Shown here: positions 27,024-38,649 of the stretch, piece after piece | Layout of the letters: the number at the start of each line of letters is the position of its first letter | Position numbering within the stretch: position 1 is the stretch's first letter | Assembly (NCBI GenBank): GCA_030390025.1 | Contig: CM059425.1 | Coordinates: forward strand, 164,860,001 to 164,924,000 | Reading direction: 5' to 3' | Source: Squalus acanthias | Taxonomy: Eukaryota | Length of the DNA stretch: 64,000 nt | Translations under genes and position numbers: made by a program | The notes under the pieces: model-generated | The model's database searches: none | What the model was told of the DNA's origin: nothing | Seen by the model: the letters and a program-made list of their open reading frames with translations, nothing else

Positions 27024-28829
27024 CAGAAGACCATAAGAAATAGGAACAGGAGTAGGCCATTTGGCCCTTCGAGCCTGCTCCACTATTCAGTAAGATCATG
27101 GCTGATCTTCTACCTCAACTCCACTTTCCTGCACTATCCCCATATCCCTTGATTCCCTTAATATTTAAAAATCTATCGATCTCTGTCTTGAATATACTCA
27201 ACAACTGAGCATCCACAGCCCTCTGGGGTAGAAAATTCCAAAGATTCAGCACATTCTGAGTGAAGAAATTTCTCCTCATCTCAGTCCTAAATGGTCGACC
27301 CCTTATTCTGAGACTGTGACCCCTGGTTCTAGATTCCCCAGCCAGGGGAAACATCCTCCCTGCATCTACCCTGTCAAGCCCTGTAAGAATGTTGTATGTT
27401 TCAATGAGATCACCTCTCATTCTTATAAACTCCAGAGAGTATAGGCCTAGTCTAATCAATCTCTCCTCATAGGACAATTCCCCCATCCCAGGAACCAGTC
27501 TGGTGAACCTTCGTTGCACTCCCTCTATGGCAAGTATATCCTTCCTTAGGTAAGGAGACCAAAACTGTACACAATACCCCAGGTGTGGTCTCGCCAGGGC
27601 CCTATATAATTTCAGTACGACATCTTTACTCTTACACTCAAATCCTCTTGTAATAAAGGCCAACATACCATTTGCTTTCCTAATTACTTGCTGTACCTGC
27701 ATGTTAACTTTCAGTGATTCGTGTACAAAGACACCCAGGTCCCTCTGAACGCCAAACACTTCCCAATCTCTCCCCATTTAAAAATTACTTTGCTTTTCTA
27801 TTTTTTCTACCAAAGTGGATAACTTCACATTTCTCCACATTATATTCCATTTGCAATGTTCTTGCCCACTCACTTAGCCTGTCTATTTCCCCTTGAAGCC
27901 TCCTTGCATCCTCCTCACAACTTACATTCCCACCCAGCTTTGTATCATCAGCAAACTTGGATATAATGGCCCAGAAATTCGGGTCTCCACGGGTGAGTAC
28001 GCGCTGTGTACTCACCCGTAAGGCCAACGAAAGTGCCGGTTTCGCGCGTGCACTGCGCATGCGCGGGAAACCGGAACTTCCGTTCCCTTGAAGGAAGGGG
28101 TTCACAGGTCAACCGCGTGCGCCGGAGAGGCAGCGCGTAGACCTGGAACTTCCGTTTTTTTTTACAGGTTTCTCCGTGCGGGTAAGTCCCCAGCGCTGCG
28201 CGTGGAAAAAGCAGGCACAAGGCCTGCTTTTAACAAGGTAAGAGGTAAATTAAGTAAAATTGAAACATTTTTTCCTCAGGTTTATCATTTTTAAATACTT
28301 TAAAGAAAGGTAAGTTTATTTTTAGCCCCGTTAAAAACTTTAATTAATTTTTTCAAAAATTTAAATTTTTGTTTAAAATAGTTAATTTATGTAATTTATA
28401 GTTATTTTAAAAATGTGATTTTTTATTTTATTTATTTGAAGTTTTACTTAGGTTTTAGGGCCAATCTCTATTCATAGATATGACAGGTCTTCCTGTCAAA
28501 TCTATGAATGGAGATTCCCTGCTCCGATTGGCTCCCCATGGCCCACGTGATCCCAGGGGACGGTGCAAACTAGTTGCGCCGCTGGGATACGTGAGCACTG
28601 CACACCGGCAGCTGGAGGAGGCCCAGGATCAGAATCCCACGCGGGCCCACAGCACAACAACAGGCGCGCTATGTAAGTGCACCCGCTATGCTTGCACCCG
28701 CGGGAAGCCTCCGACCGGAATTTCTGGGCCTATATCATTTGGTCCCCTCATTCAAATCATTGATGTAGATTGTGAATAGCTGAGGCCCAAGCACTGATCC
28801 TTGCGGTACACCACTAGTTACAGCCTGAC
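27024..28829 (-). mobile_element. CR1 LINE 3' fragment in an intron of the Harbinger Myb gene
   Basis: ORF 27115-27777 is the CR1 ORF2 C-terminus; RT sequence continues on both sides of the nested MITE. Confidence 0.92.
27968..28730 (+). mobile_element. Non-autonomous Harbinger-type element (family B, copy 2)
   Basis: TIR ggcccagaaattc / gaatttctgggcc; interrupts the CR1 RT region; closely similar to 23023-23757. Confidence 0.92.
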
Positions 28830-29007
28830 CCATATGAGTCACTCATGAATGCCAACTAAGATATATGGAAAATAATTCTGTCACCAGGTTGTTCTAATGA
28901 GCCCCTCTCTCCGTCCCCCACTTCAGGCTGGTCAGCGACTCCTGTTATGTCCAGAACTGCCTCCTCAGCATTGGTGAGCTCAGCCTCCTCCCGTTCTCTC
29001 CCTCTCC

Positions 29008-29304
29008 GGCGGCGGACCTGGGTGGAGCAACAGCGGCGAGGCGGCGGCGGTAAAAGGCGGCAGCGACCAGGTAGGCCCACAGAGGCGGCGGACCTGGGTG
29101 GAGCAACAGCAGCGAGGCGGCGGCGGTAAAAGGCGGCAGCGACCAGGTAGGCCCACAGAGGCGGCGGACCTGGGTGGAGCAACAGCGGCGAGGCGGCGGC
29201 GGTAAAAGGCGGCAGCGACCAGGTAGGCCCACAGAGGCGGCGGACCTGGGTGGAGCAACAGCGGCGAGGCGGCGGCGTTAAAAGGCGGCAGCGGCCAGGT
29301 AGGC
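29008..29304 (+). repeat. 76-bp GC-rich tandem array, ~3.9 copies, at the CR1 5' end
   Basis: gacctgggtggagcaacag recurs at 29015, 29091, 29167 and 29243 (period 76); copies differ by only a few bases. Confidence 0.97.
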
Positions 29305-29513
29305 TTTCACCAAGCCGAGAGCAGGAGAGAGGTAAAAAATAATCGAAGTGTGACGTCATCAGAAAGCAGGTAAGTGATTGGTTGGTGAGTATTTCTCTTT
29401 TTTTTAATACAAAACTTCAATTTTATTGTTTCTCGGGTATCTGTGGTGTAGCAGAGACTGCTGGCATAAATTAACTGAAGGGTAAATAATACATTTTTAA
29501 TTAATTACATAGA

Positions 29514-30470
29514 ATGGGAGAGCAGGTGATGTGTTACTGCTGCAATATGTGGGAGCTGGTGGACACCATTGATGTTCACGGTGAACACATTTGCAGTAAG
29601 TGTTGGCTGCTCGAGGAACTCCGGCTCCGTGTTGATGAGCTGGAGTCCGAGCTTCAAACACTGCGACACATCAGGGAGGGGGAGAGTTACCTGGACTCCG
29701 TGTTTCAGGAGGTAGTCACACCAATTAGAGTAACTAATTCAGAAGTAGCCCGTGGTCAGGGACAGGAAGGTGTGACTACGAGTGAGGCAGGTACAGGGAT
29801 CCAGGAGGTAGTGTTGGAGGAGCCGCAGCCCTTGCTCTTGTCCAACAGGTTCGAGGCTCTTACTCCCTGTGTGGATAGGAGCGGGGACTGCAGGGAGGAT
29901 GAGCAACCTGGCCACAGCACCGTGGTAAGGGGGGCCATTCAAGTGGGGGGAGTAAAAAGAAATGTTGTAGTGGTAGGGGATAGTATCATTAGGGGGATAG
30001 ATAGGGTTCTTTGCAGCCAAGAGCGAGAGTCCCGAAGGCTGTGTTGCCTGCCCGGTGCCAGGGTTAAGGACATCTCCTCTGGGCTGGAGAGAAACTTGGA
30101 GTGGGAGGGGGAGGATCCAGTTGTCGTGGTCCATGTTGGTACCAATGACATAGATAGGACAAGGAAAGAGGTTCTGCTGAGGGAGTTTGAGCAGCTAGGG
30201 GCCAAATTAAAAAGCAGAACCTCGAGGGTAATAATCTCTGGATTACTACCTGAGCCACGAGCAAATTTGGCTAGGGTAAATAAAATCAGGGAGTTGAATG
30301 CGTGGCTCAAAGACTGGTGTGGGAAAAATGGGTTTTGCTTCTTGGGACACTGGCACCAGTACTGGGGCAGGAGAGAGCTGTTCCGTTGGGACGGACTTCA
30401 CTTGGCCAGTGCTGGGACTAGTGTCCTGGCGAATCGAATAACTAGGGCTGTGGAGAGGGCTTTAAACTAA
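29514..30470 (+). CDS. CR1 ORF1p (Zn-finger/leucine-zipper plus SGNH esterase domain), 318 aa, intact
   Basis: CxxCxMW...HxCxKC, heptad LEELRLRVDELESEL, GDS, VHVGTND and DGLHL esterase motifs. Confidence 0.93.
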   Translation: MGEQVMCYCCNMWELVDTIDVHGEHICSKCWLLEELRLRVDELESELQTLRHIREGESYLDSVFQEVVTPIRVTNSEVARGQGQEGVTTSEAGTGIQEVVLEEPQPLLLSNRFEALTPCVDRSGDCREDEQPGHSTVVRGAIQVGGVKRNVVVVGDSIIRGIDRVLCSQERESRRLCCLPGARVKDISSGLERNLEWEGEDPVVVVHVGTNDIDRTRKEVLLREFEQLGAKLKSRTSRVIISGLLPEPRANLARVNKIRELNAWLKDWCGKNGFCFLGHWHQYWGRRELFRWDGLHLASAGTSVLANRITRAVERALN

Positions 30471-30508
30471 TTAGTGGGGGGGAGGTTTCAAGAGAGCAAA
30501 AAATAAAA

Positions 30509-33459
30509 ATGACAACAGAGAGGGTCATAGACATAGGTAGCAGTAGGGGAATCACAAATCAGAGCGTGGCAGGAAGGGACAGAGTGTGTGGAGTAAAAGG
30601 TAAACTGGTAAAAAGTGAAAAAGCAGGAACTAAGTGCCACAAAGCATATTTGAAAGTTCTCTATCTGAATGCACGTAGCATTCGTAACAAAATAGACGAG
30701 TTAATGGCACAAATAACTACATATGGTTATGATATTGTGGCCATTACAGAAACATGGCTGCAGGGTGACAATGCCTGGGAATTAAACATACCAGGTTATT
30801 TAACGATCAGGAAGGACAGGCAGGATGGAAGGGGAGGTGGGGTGGCTATGTTAATAAAGGAAGGAATCACTGTAATACAGAGTAATGATATTGGGTCAAA
30901 AAATCATGATAATGAAACAGTTTGGGTGGAGATAAGGAATAATAAGGGGAAAAAAACATTAGTGGGCGTAGTCTATAGGCCTCCGAACAGTTGCAACTCT
31001 ATTGGACGGAGTATCAATCAGGAAATAGTTGAGGCATGTAATAAGGGAACATCTATAATTATGGGGGATTTTAACTATCATATTAATTGGACAAATCAAA
31101 TGGGGCAGGGCTGCCTTGAGGATGAGTTCATTGAGTGTATTAGGGATGGGTTTCTTGAGCAGTATGTAACTGAACCGACCAGGGGGCAAGCAACCTTAGA
31201 TCTGGTCCTGTGTAACGAGACAGGATTAATTAAAAATGTCCTAGTAAAGGATCCCCTTGGAATGAGTGACCATAACATGGTTGAATTCCATATTCAATTA
31301 GAGGGTGAGAAGGTTGGATCTCAAACAAGCGTGCTAAGCTTGAATAAAGGAGACTATGAAGGTATGCGAGCGGAATTGAGTAGAGTGGATTGGGAAAATA
31401 GATTAAAGGGTAAGACGACACATGATCAGTGGTGTACATTCAAGGAGTTATTTTACAACTTCCAAAAAAAATATATTCCACTGAAAAGAAAAGGGTGTAA
31501 AAGAAAGGACAGTCATCCGTGGCTAAGTAAAGAAATTAAGGATAGTATTCAACTAAAAACAAGGGCATATAAGGTAGCGAAATCTAGTGGGAGGACAGAG
31601 GATTGGGAAAACTTTAAAAGGCAGCAAAAAATAACAAAAAGATTGATTAAGAAAGGGAAGATAGATTATGAAAGTAAATTAGCAAAAAATATAAAAACAG
31701 ATAGTAAGAGTTTTTATAGTTATATAAAAAGAAAAAGGGTGGCTAAAGTAAATGTTGGTCCCTTAGAGGATGAGACCGGGAAATTAATGGTGGGAAATAT
31801 GGAGATGGCAAAAACACTGAATGAATATTTTGTATCAGTCTTTACAGTAGAGGACACTAAGAATATCCCAACACTGGACAAACAGGGGGCTATAGGGGGA
31901 GAGGAGCTAAACACGATCAAAATCACTAAGGAAGTGGTACTCGGTAAAATAATGGGACTCAAGGCGGATAAATCACCTGGACCTGATGGCTTACATCCTA
32001 GAGTCTTGAAGGAAGTGGCGGTAGGGATTGTAGATGCATTGGTAATAATTTTTCAAAACTCCCTGGATTCCGCTAAGGTCCGGCAGACTGGAAAACTGCT
32101 AATGTAACACCCTTATTTAAAAAGGGCAGTAGACAGAAGGCTGGCAACTATAGACCGGTTAGCCTAACATCTGTGGTAGGTAAAATTTTGGAGTCCATTA
32201 TTAAGGAAACAGTAACAGGACATTTGGATAATCATAATTTAATAGGACAAAGTCAGCATGGTTTTACGAAGGGGAAGTCATGTTTGACAAATTTGCTGGA
32301 GTTCTTTGAGGAAGTAACATATAGAGTGGATAAAGGGGAACCAGTGGACGTAGTGTATTTAGACTTCCAAAAGGCATTTGACAAGGTGCCACACAAAAGA
32401 TTATTGCTTAAGGTAAAAAATCACGGGATTGGGGGTAATATTCTGGCATGGATAGAGGATTGGCTATCTAACAGAAAGCAAAGAGTTGGGATAAATGGTT
32501 CATTCTCAGACTGGCAATCAGTAACTAGTGGTGTTCCACAGGGGTCAGTGCTGGGTCCCCAACTCTTCACAATCTATATTAACGATTTGGAGGAAGGGAC
32601 CAAGTGTAACATATCAAAATTTGCAGATGATACAAAGATGGGAGGGAAAGTAGTGAGTGAGGAGGACATAAAAAACCTGCAAGGGGACATAGACAGGCTA
32701 AGTAAGTGGGCAGAGATTTGGCAGATAGAATACAACACTGGAAAGTGTGAGGTGATGCACTTTGGCAGGAAAAATCCTAGAGCAATTTATTATCTTAATG
32801 GCAAGAAACTGGAGAGTACTGAAGTGCAAAGGGATCTGGGGGTCCTGGTGCACGAAACTCAAAAGGTTAGTATGCAGGTGCAGCAAGTGATTAAGAAGGC
32901 AAATGGAATGTTGGCTTTCATTGCTAGGGGGATAGAATATAAAAATAGGGAGGTATTGCTTCAGTTGTACAAGGTATTGGTGAGACCGCACCTGGAATAC
33001 TGCATACAGTTTTGGTGTCCTTACTTAAGGAAAGACATCCTTGCTCTCGAGGCAGTGCAAAAAAGGTTCACTCGGTTAATCCCGGGGATGAGGGGGTGGT
33101 CATATGAGGAGAGGTTGGGTAGATTGGGACTCTACTCATTGGAGTTCAGAAGAATGAGAGGCGATCTTATTGAAACATATAAGATTGTGAAGGGGTTGGA
33201 TCGGGTGGATGCGGGGAGGATGTTCCCGATGACGGGTGAGACGAGAACTAGGGGACATAGTCTTAGAATAAGGGGCTGCTCTTTCAAAACTGAGATGAGG
33301 AGGAACTACTTCACTCAGAGGGTGGTAGGTCCATGGAATATGCTGCCACAAAAAGCTGTAGAAGCTACAACATTAATTAAATTTAAAACAGAAATAGACA
33401 GTTTCCTAGAAGTAAAGGGCATTAAGGGTTACGGGGAGCGGGCAGGAATTTGGACATGA
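30509..33459 (+). CDS. CR1 ORF2p (APE endonuclease plus reverse transcriptase) with a single 1-bp frameshift at ~32080
   Basis: YLNARS, ITETW, GDFN, SDH endonuclease motifs; [24 protein letters not shown] motifs; adding one C at 32080-32081 restores KVPADWKTANVTPLFKKG and joins the two ORFs. Confidence 0.93.
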
Positions 33460-35060
33460 GTCTAGGTTCGGATCAGTCATGGCCCTGTGGGTAGTGGAGC
33501 GGGCCCAGGGACTGTGTAGCCTGATTCTGCTCCTATTTCGTGTGTGCAATTCTGTTAGATGCAGGAGATGGTTCTGTGATAGATAGTAGATTGGCGGTTA
33601 GGATCAGATCAGCCATGATCTTATTGAATGGCGGAGCAGGCTCGAGGGGCCGATTGGCCTACTCCTGCTCCTATTTCTTATGTTCTTATGTTCTTATTGT
33701 GGGCTCTCTTTTCCTGCAATGAGGGAAACAAGAGAAGTTTGAGTGAGAGTGATGGAATGAGTGTAAAGAATGGATAGGATAGATGTTCAGAGGGAGACTA
33801 TGATGGAGTGGGGTGCCAATACCAAGTTGCCTACTTTTGAGTTGTTAGTTGTTGTCATTGCATAACGATGAGGGTGAGTGTGAGGGGTGCATATTAAGAT
33901 GGGGAAGTGATTCTGTACATAGGGAGAGACGGATGGGTGATGGTGCAAGGGATGTTGGGGTGAGTTAGGATGTGCAAGAGTAGGGTTGGCAATGCAGAGT
34001 GATGGGGATGTGATGACAGGCACAGCAGAATGAAGGTAAGCGTGCTTTTATACTCACTTTTCCTGAATGCAGAAGATCATTAAACCTCTTCCTACATTGC
34101 ACCCAGGTGTGAACAAACACACACCTTGCAGTGATCTCCTCAGCTATTTGCAGCCAGGCTGCCTTCGTCTGCTGAGGAGGTCTCCTCCTTCCATCCCCAG
34201 GGAATAGAACCTTCTTGTGTCCTCTGACTCCCTCCAGAAGAACATGGAGGGAGTCATCATTGAAACGTGGTGCAGCCCTTTGTCTCTCTGCAGTCATTGT
34301 TGCCTGAACCAGCACTCAGGAGCATTAAATCAGAATTGAGAGCAAATGGGGACATGGCCCCTTTAAATATACTGGCAACAAACGCGTCATCAGGTAACGT
34401 CACCAGACCCGCACCTTGTAATTGGGCCGGGTAACGCGCAGGGCAGGCTTAACAAGCCCAATTAACATAAAATCCTTTTCGCAGAATGGCTGGAGTCGGG
34501 AACGGGACCAGTACCCGCCTCCGATGGCGAAATCGCGGCCTTTGATCCGCTCGGTCAGCTCTTTTATCATCAGAGTCCTGTCATTAGGCCTTTGTAGAAT
34601 AAAACCAGGAAAGGCCCAATCAGTGAAACCAATGCTTCATGAGTTGTTGAGGCCCTCATTTTTTTAAAAGGGGCTATCTTCATTACCAGAGAGGGAGAAT
34701 AGTTAGAGGGGCCACGTGTCATTTTTGCCATAGTACAATGAGATTTGACAATGCAAAGATGTGCTTAACGATGATTTATGTCATGATGTTGCATGTTTGA
34801 CAATGAGAAAAAGGCTCACAAGATAAATGTAAATGATGGAAGCCATTTGGACAATTTTAGCTCACCGTCTAGAATGTTTTAAAAAATTTATATTCCCCCG
34901 TCACATCACTACTCAATCCAGAAAATCAATCCAAATATTGATCTTGCTGTACATATAGAAGATCTAAATCTACCCTAAATTGTTCTTTCATCACTTTTCG
35001 CCTATGCCTCCTTAGTCTAGTGTCTTGGTTTACTTTGACGTAGTACTCTGGATTTACCTT

Positions 35061-37066
35061 GGCCCGGATTTTGTGGTCAGTGGCGAATGAATGGCGCTCG
35101 CTGTTCATTACACTTATAGCTGCCCACAGACTTTTCGTGGGCTTTTGAGTGGCGATTTACGGTCACTGGGCATCTGAAACACTGAGGCACCCGCCACAGA
35201 TGATCTGGGACCTGTGTAAACTAAGCAAGCAACAGCGTATCTCTTCAACCAATCAGATTGAAGAATCCTTACTGAGACATGCAGCGTGTAATTTTAACCC
35301 ACAGAAATAGGTTTGGGTCAGGTGGGATATTAAAATGTAAAAAAATCTCAAACCCGAACCCAACCCGTCTACTTCTGGTTTTAATGGAGGCAGGATTGGG
35401 GTGGGCAACCAACCCGCTCCCAGGAGGCGGGTCACTCATTTAAATATTTTAATAAGGCTGCGTGCCTCAGATTTTTTCTCTCTTCCAGCTTTAACGTTAG
35501 CTGGCCAGGTATCCCGGGCCTCGGGAAACCCGACAGCTAAAGAGAGGTTAGGACTGGTGGATGGAAGAGGTAAGTGCCTTTCCAGCACTGCTTTTGGACC
35601 AGGAGGAAAAAAGAAAGAAAGACTTGCATTTATATAGCGCCTTTCACGACCACCGGACATCCCAATGTGCTTTACAGCCAATGAAGTACTTTTAAAGTGT
35701 AGTCACTGTTGTAATGTAGGAAACGCAGCAGCCAATTTGTGCATAGCAAACTCCCACAAACAGCAATGAGATAATGACCAGATAATCTGTTTTTTTTAGT
35801 GGTGTTGATTGAGGGATAAATATTGGCCAGGACACTGGGAATAACTCCCCTGCTCTTCTTCAAAATAGTACCATGGGATCTTTTACGTCCACCTGAAAGG
35901 GCAAACGGGGCCTCGGTTTAATGTCTCATCTGAAAGACGGCACCTCCAACAGTGCAGCACTCCCTCAGCACTGCACTGGAGTGTCAGCCTAGATTTTTGT
36001 ACTCAGGTCTCTGGAGTGGGACTTGAATCCACAACTTTCTGACTCAAAGGCAAGAGTGCTACCAACTAAGCCACAGCTGACACTGTGCAGGACCAGGAGT
36101 GATTCCCCTCAGCCCCCCGAACAAACGTGTTGCCTACTCCACTCCACCCCCCCGCAATTGGGCTTCTCCCGCAATCACCGACCCCCATCTCTGCCCCGAT
36201 CTCTGTCCAACTCCCGCGATCATCTCCCGCCCCTCCAAACCACGCTGTACCCACAGCCTTGCGAGCTCTCACTGAGCAGCAGGACACCTGGGGTGCAGCC
36301 TCTTCTGCAGCATTCTCCACACAACAGGGAGCCAAGCCTGTCAATCAGGCTGGCTTCCGTGCGGGGAACCTGTTAAAAAACCACAAACTCTGTGAAGTTA
36401 AAACTCCACAGTGTTTGGGAAAACCCATACTTCCCCGAACCAGAACTCTTCCCCCCTGCTTGGAAATATCATCCCAGTAAATATCGGAGCTGCAGAGACT
36501 GAACCAGGAAGTGTAAGTTAGAATATTTAATTCAATGTCAAATCATGTACAGAAAGCAAAATAAAGATAGGAGAAGAAAGATGCGATTAAGAGAGAGAGA
36601 TAAAAGAGACAGAAAGAAAATTAAAAAAAAACACTTTTTTAATTTTAATTTTAAACTTTTTTATATCTCCAACAATAATTAAAATCTGAAGGAATGAGAC
36701 TCCACACTTGTAAAAGTGAATTTTCAGTGCCAGAAAGGTTGTTTGGCAGTAATTAAGACTTATCACGCCATTTAAAATTCACTTACACTTGAATGGACAG
36801 GCCCTCACCTTTTCTGATATGTTTAGGGGGTAACTAGTGGGTAAGTACCGCAACTTCATGCCCTTACATGTATTTCAATGCCAAGTCACTGGGCGAGATA
36901 TTGTTAGAGCGAAGCTTGTGGAAGAGCAGGGTAAATCGGACAGCAACTTTCGGATTTCTGCATTTTATGGCACATGTGCGGTCGCCAGAAGTTGCTGTGC
37001 AATTTACTCCATAATAACGGTGAGCGTTGTTAGACTCGCTATTATTATTACCGCAAAATCCGGGCC
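35061..37066 (+). mobile_element. Harbinger-type non-autonomous element (family C) with a nested second MITE (~35285-36480)
   Basis: Perfect TIR ggcccggattttg / caaaatccgggcc; comparison with 37684-38433 shows extra sequence at ~35285-36490 resembling the 14486-15384 family. Confidence 0.8.
35610..36083 (-). mobile_element. SacSINE1-like DeuSINE, full length
   Basis: tRNA-like head on the reverse strand (tggcttagttggtagc, ggattcaagtccc), Deu-like core and L2-type tail ending aaatgcaagtc(tttc)n. Confidence 0.82.
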
Positions 37067-37683
37067 CATATCTGTATCATTTAGTATCTTGTGTACTTTT
37101 ATAAGGTCCCTTCTATCAGTCGCCTCATATCAAAGTGAAGGAGCTTCACTTTCTCCAGTCTTTCCTTACTTATGCCTACAGATCCAGCCCTTCACTGGTC
37201 CCATCATAATTCACAAGATCAGCTCTTTTGCATACTAACTAGCATTAGTGTAGCATAAAATGGGAGTAATGCATGGTCAGGATGGGTGGAGGGGGAGGAA
37301 ACCTCAGATGTAGCCTTTAAAATCAGCACTCACTTCAAACTGTCAGCAACAGGCTGGGGTAGCAGCAGATAAGTGCAAGACTAAGGGGTAGATTTTGGTC
37401 TGGGCCTCTTTTTGTTAAAAACTGTCAGATACTACACCATAGGCAACTTGCACAATTGATATTTAAAAGGGTATTGCGATCAGGGATTTCTAGCTGCAAA
37501 AAGCATTTGGTTCAGGGGTATGAAAAATGGTAGTTCTAGTCGGACATCTTAGGATTCTGCTATTTAGACAACTACTCCACCTTTCAATAGTTTTTTTATA
37601 GCTTCTTTAAATTGCAGAATTGTTTAAAGAAATGTTCTGCAATTTTATCCGAATGATTGAGTGCTCTGGCCCCCATATACATT

Positions 37684-38433
37684 GGCTCGGAATTTGCGGT
37701 TGTAACGATGGAAAAACTGTCAGCGCTCGCCATCATTACTGTGTAAAACAGACAGCAACTTCTGGCATCCGCTCATGAGCAGTTAAACACAGAAATATGG
37801 AAGTTTCTGTCGATGATACTTTGCTCCTCCACAGGGTGCGCCATTGCAATCTTCGCAGAGGCAATCAACACAGGATCAGTGATTTGATGTGAACTTCAAC
37901 TTTTTACGCAGTATTCTCGCTGTAAAAACCATTGAAAATGTTAAGCCTTGTTGAATGAAGTGTAACTGAATTTTTAACAGCGTACGAAGTCTTAATTACT
38001 GCTGAACGACCTCTCTGGCCCTGAAAAAATTATTTTACAAGTGTGGAATGTCATTCCCTCCATTCCATGATAAAAATTCCATGATTTTTAAAATAATGAT
38101 AAAAAAATTTTTTAAAGTTTGTTTATAATATTTGTGTATGTCACAATCTTTATTTTGCTTTCCGTAAAATGATTAAAAAGTGAATTATAATCCATGCTTT
38201 TTATTTCTGGTTTGCTGTCAGTGAGAATACTTCAATCTGATTGGCTGCTCAGCTTGCTTGATGACTTCGCTGTTGCTGGACACCACAGATCCCCTATAGA
38301 TGGCGCCAGATTGAAAGTCACATCGGAATAAGGGAAATCGACGCTTTACAGAGTCCGCTAAACTTTGTGGGCAGTTTTCTTCGAGGTCAGTGGCGAGTGC
38401 CGTCCCTTCGCCGCTGACCGCAAAATCCGAGCT
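37684..38433 (-). mobile_element. Harbinger-type non-autonomous element (family C relative, inverted)
   Basis: TIR ggctcggaatttgcggt / accgcaaaatccgagct; TSD att on both sides. Confidence 0.88.
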
Positions 38434-38649
38434 ATTTTGGCACTGATTCTACAGCATCAGAACAACAGTAAAACAATATTTTGTGGCTTTATGTTGTTAT
38501 ACTTTCCCCAGTGGCTAAGGGACGTTCTAGCCAGTAAGCAGGTTCAACCGCTCACCCCGGTGAGAAAAGATGGCTGTCAGTACCTCCAGCAGAAACATTT
38601 ACATTGTCCTCAGGGCAGCACTGCCAACAGAAGCATCAGTGAAAATCAT

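Larger units (their letters stand above)
29008..33697 (+). mobile_element. Full-length CR1-clade LINE, near intact
   Basis: 5' tandem array, ORF1, ORF2, 3' UTR and (TTCTTATG)n tail; inserted into exon 2 of the Harbinger Myb gene with no visible TSD. Confidence 0.97.
25914..34297 (-). pseudogene. Harbinger Myb/SANT-like DNA-binding protein gene, three exons (34058-34297; 33713 to 28885 split by CR1; 26934-25914)
   Basis: Exon 1 RAAPRFNDDSL...AAWLQIA...TWVQCRKRFNDL with gtgagt donor; exon 2 EKRAHNK | ERERTGGG...LTNAEE; exon 3 acidic/low-complexity and frameshifted, ending RRSTRKRKIPHK. Confidence 0.88.
23898..34540 (+). mobile_element. Full-length PIF/Harbinger DNA transposon (~4.1 kb core plus ~6.5 kb nested insertions)
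   Basis: TIR ggctgcgattttg / cgaaatcgcggcc, TSD ttt on both sides, convergent transposase and Myb/SANT-like genes. Confidence 0.92.

Noticed and set aside
29008..29304. CRISPR-like repeat array
   Set aside because: Units are contiguous 76-bp copies with no unique spacers, the DNA is vertebrate and no cas genes are present; it is the CR1 5' end.
28856..29359. Repetitive ORFs in several frames
   Set aside because: By-product of the stop-poor GC-rich 76-bp array; only the short Myb exon remnant is meaningful.
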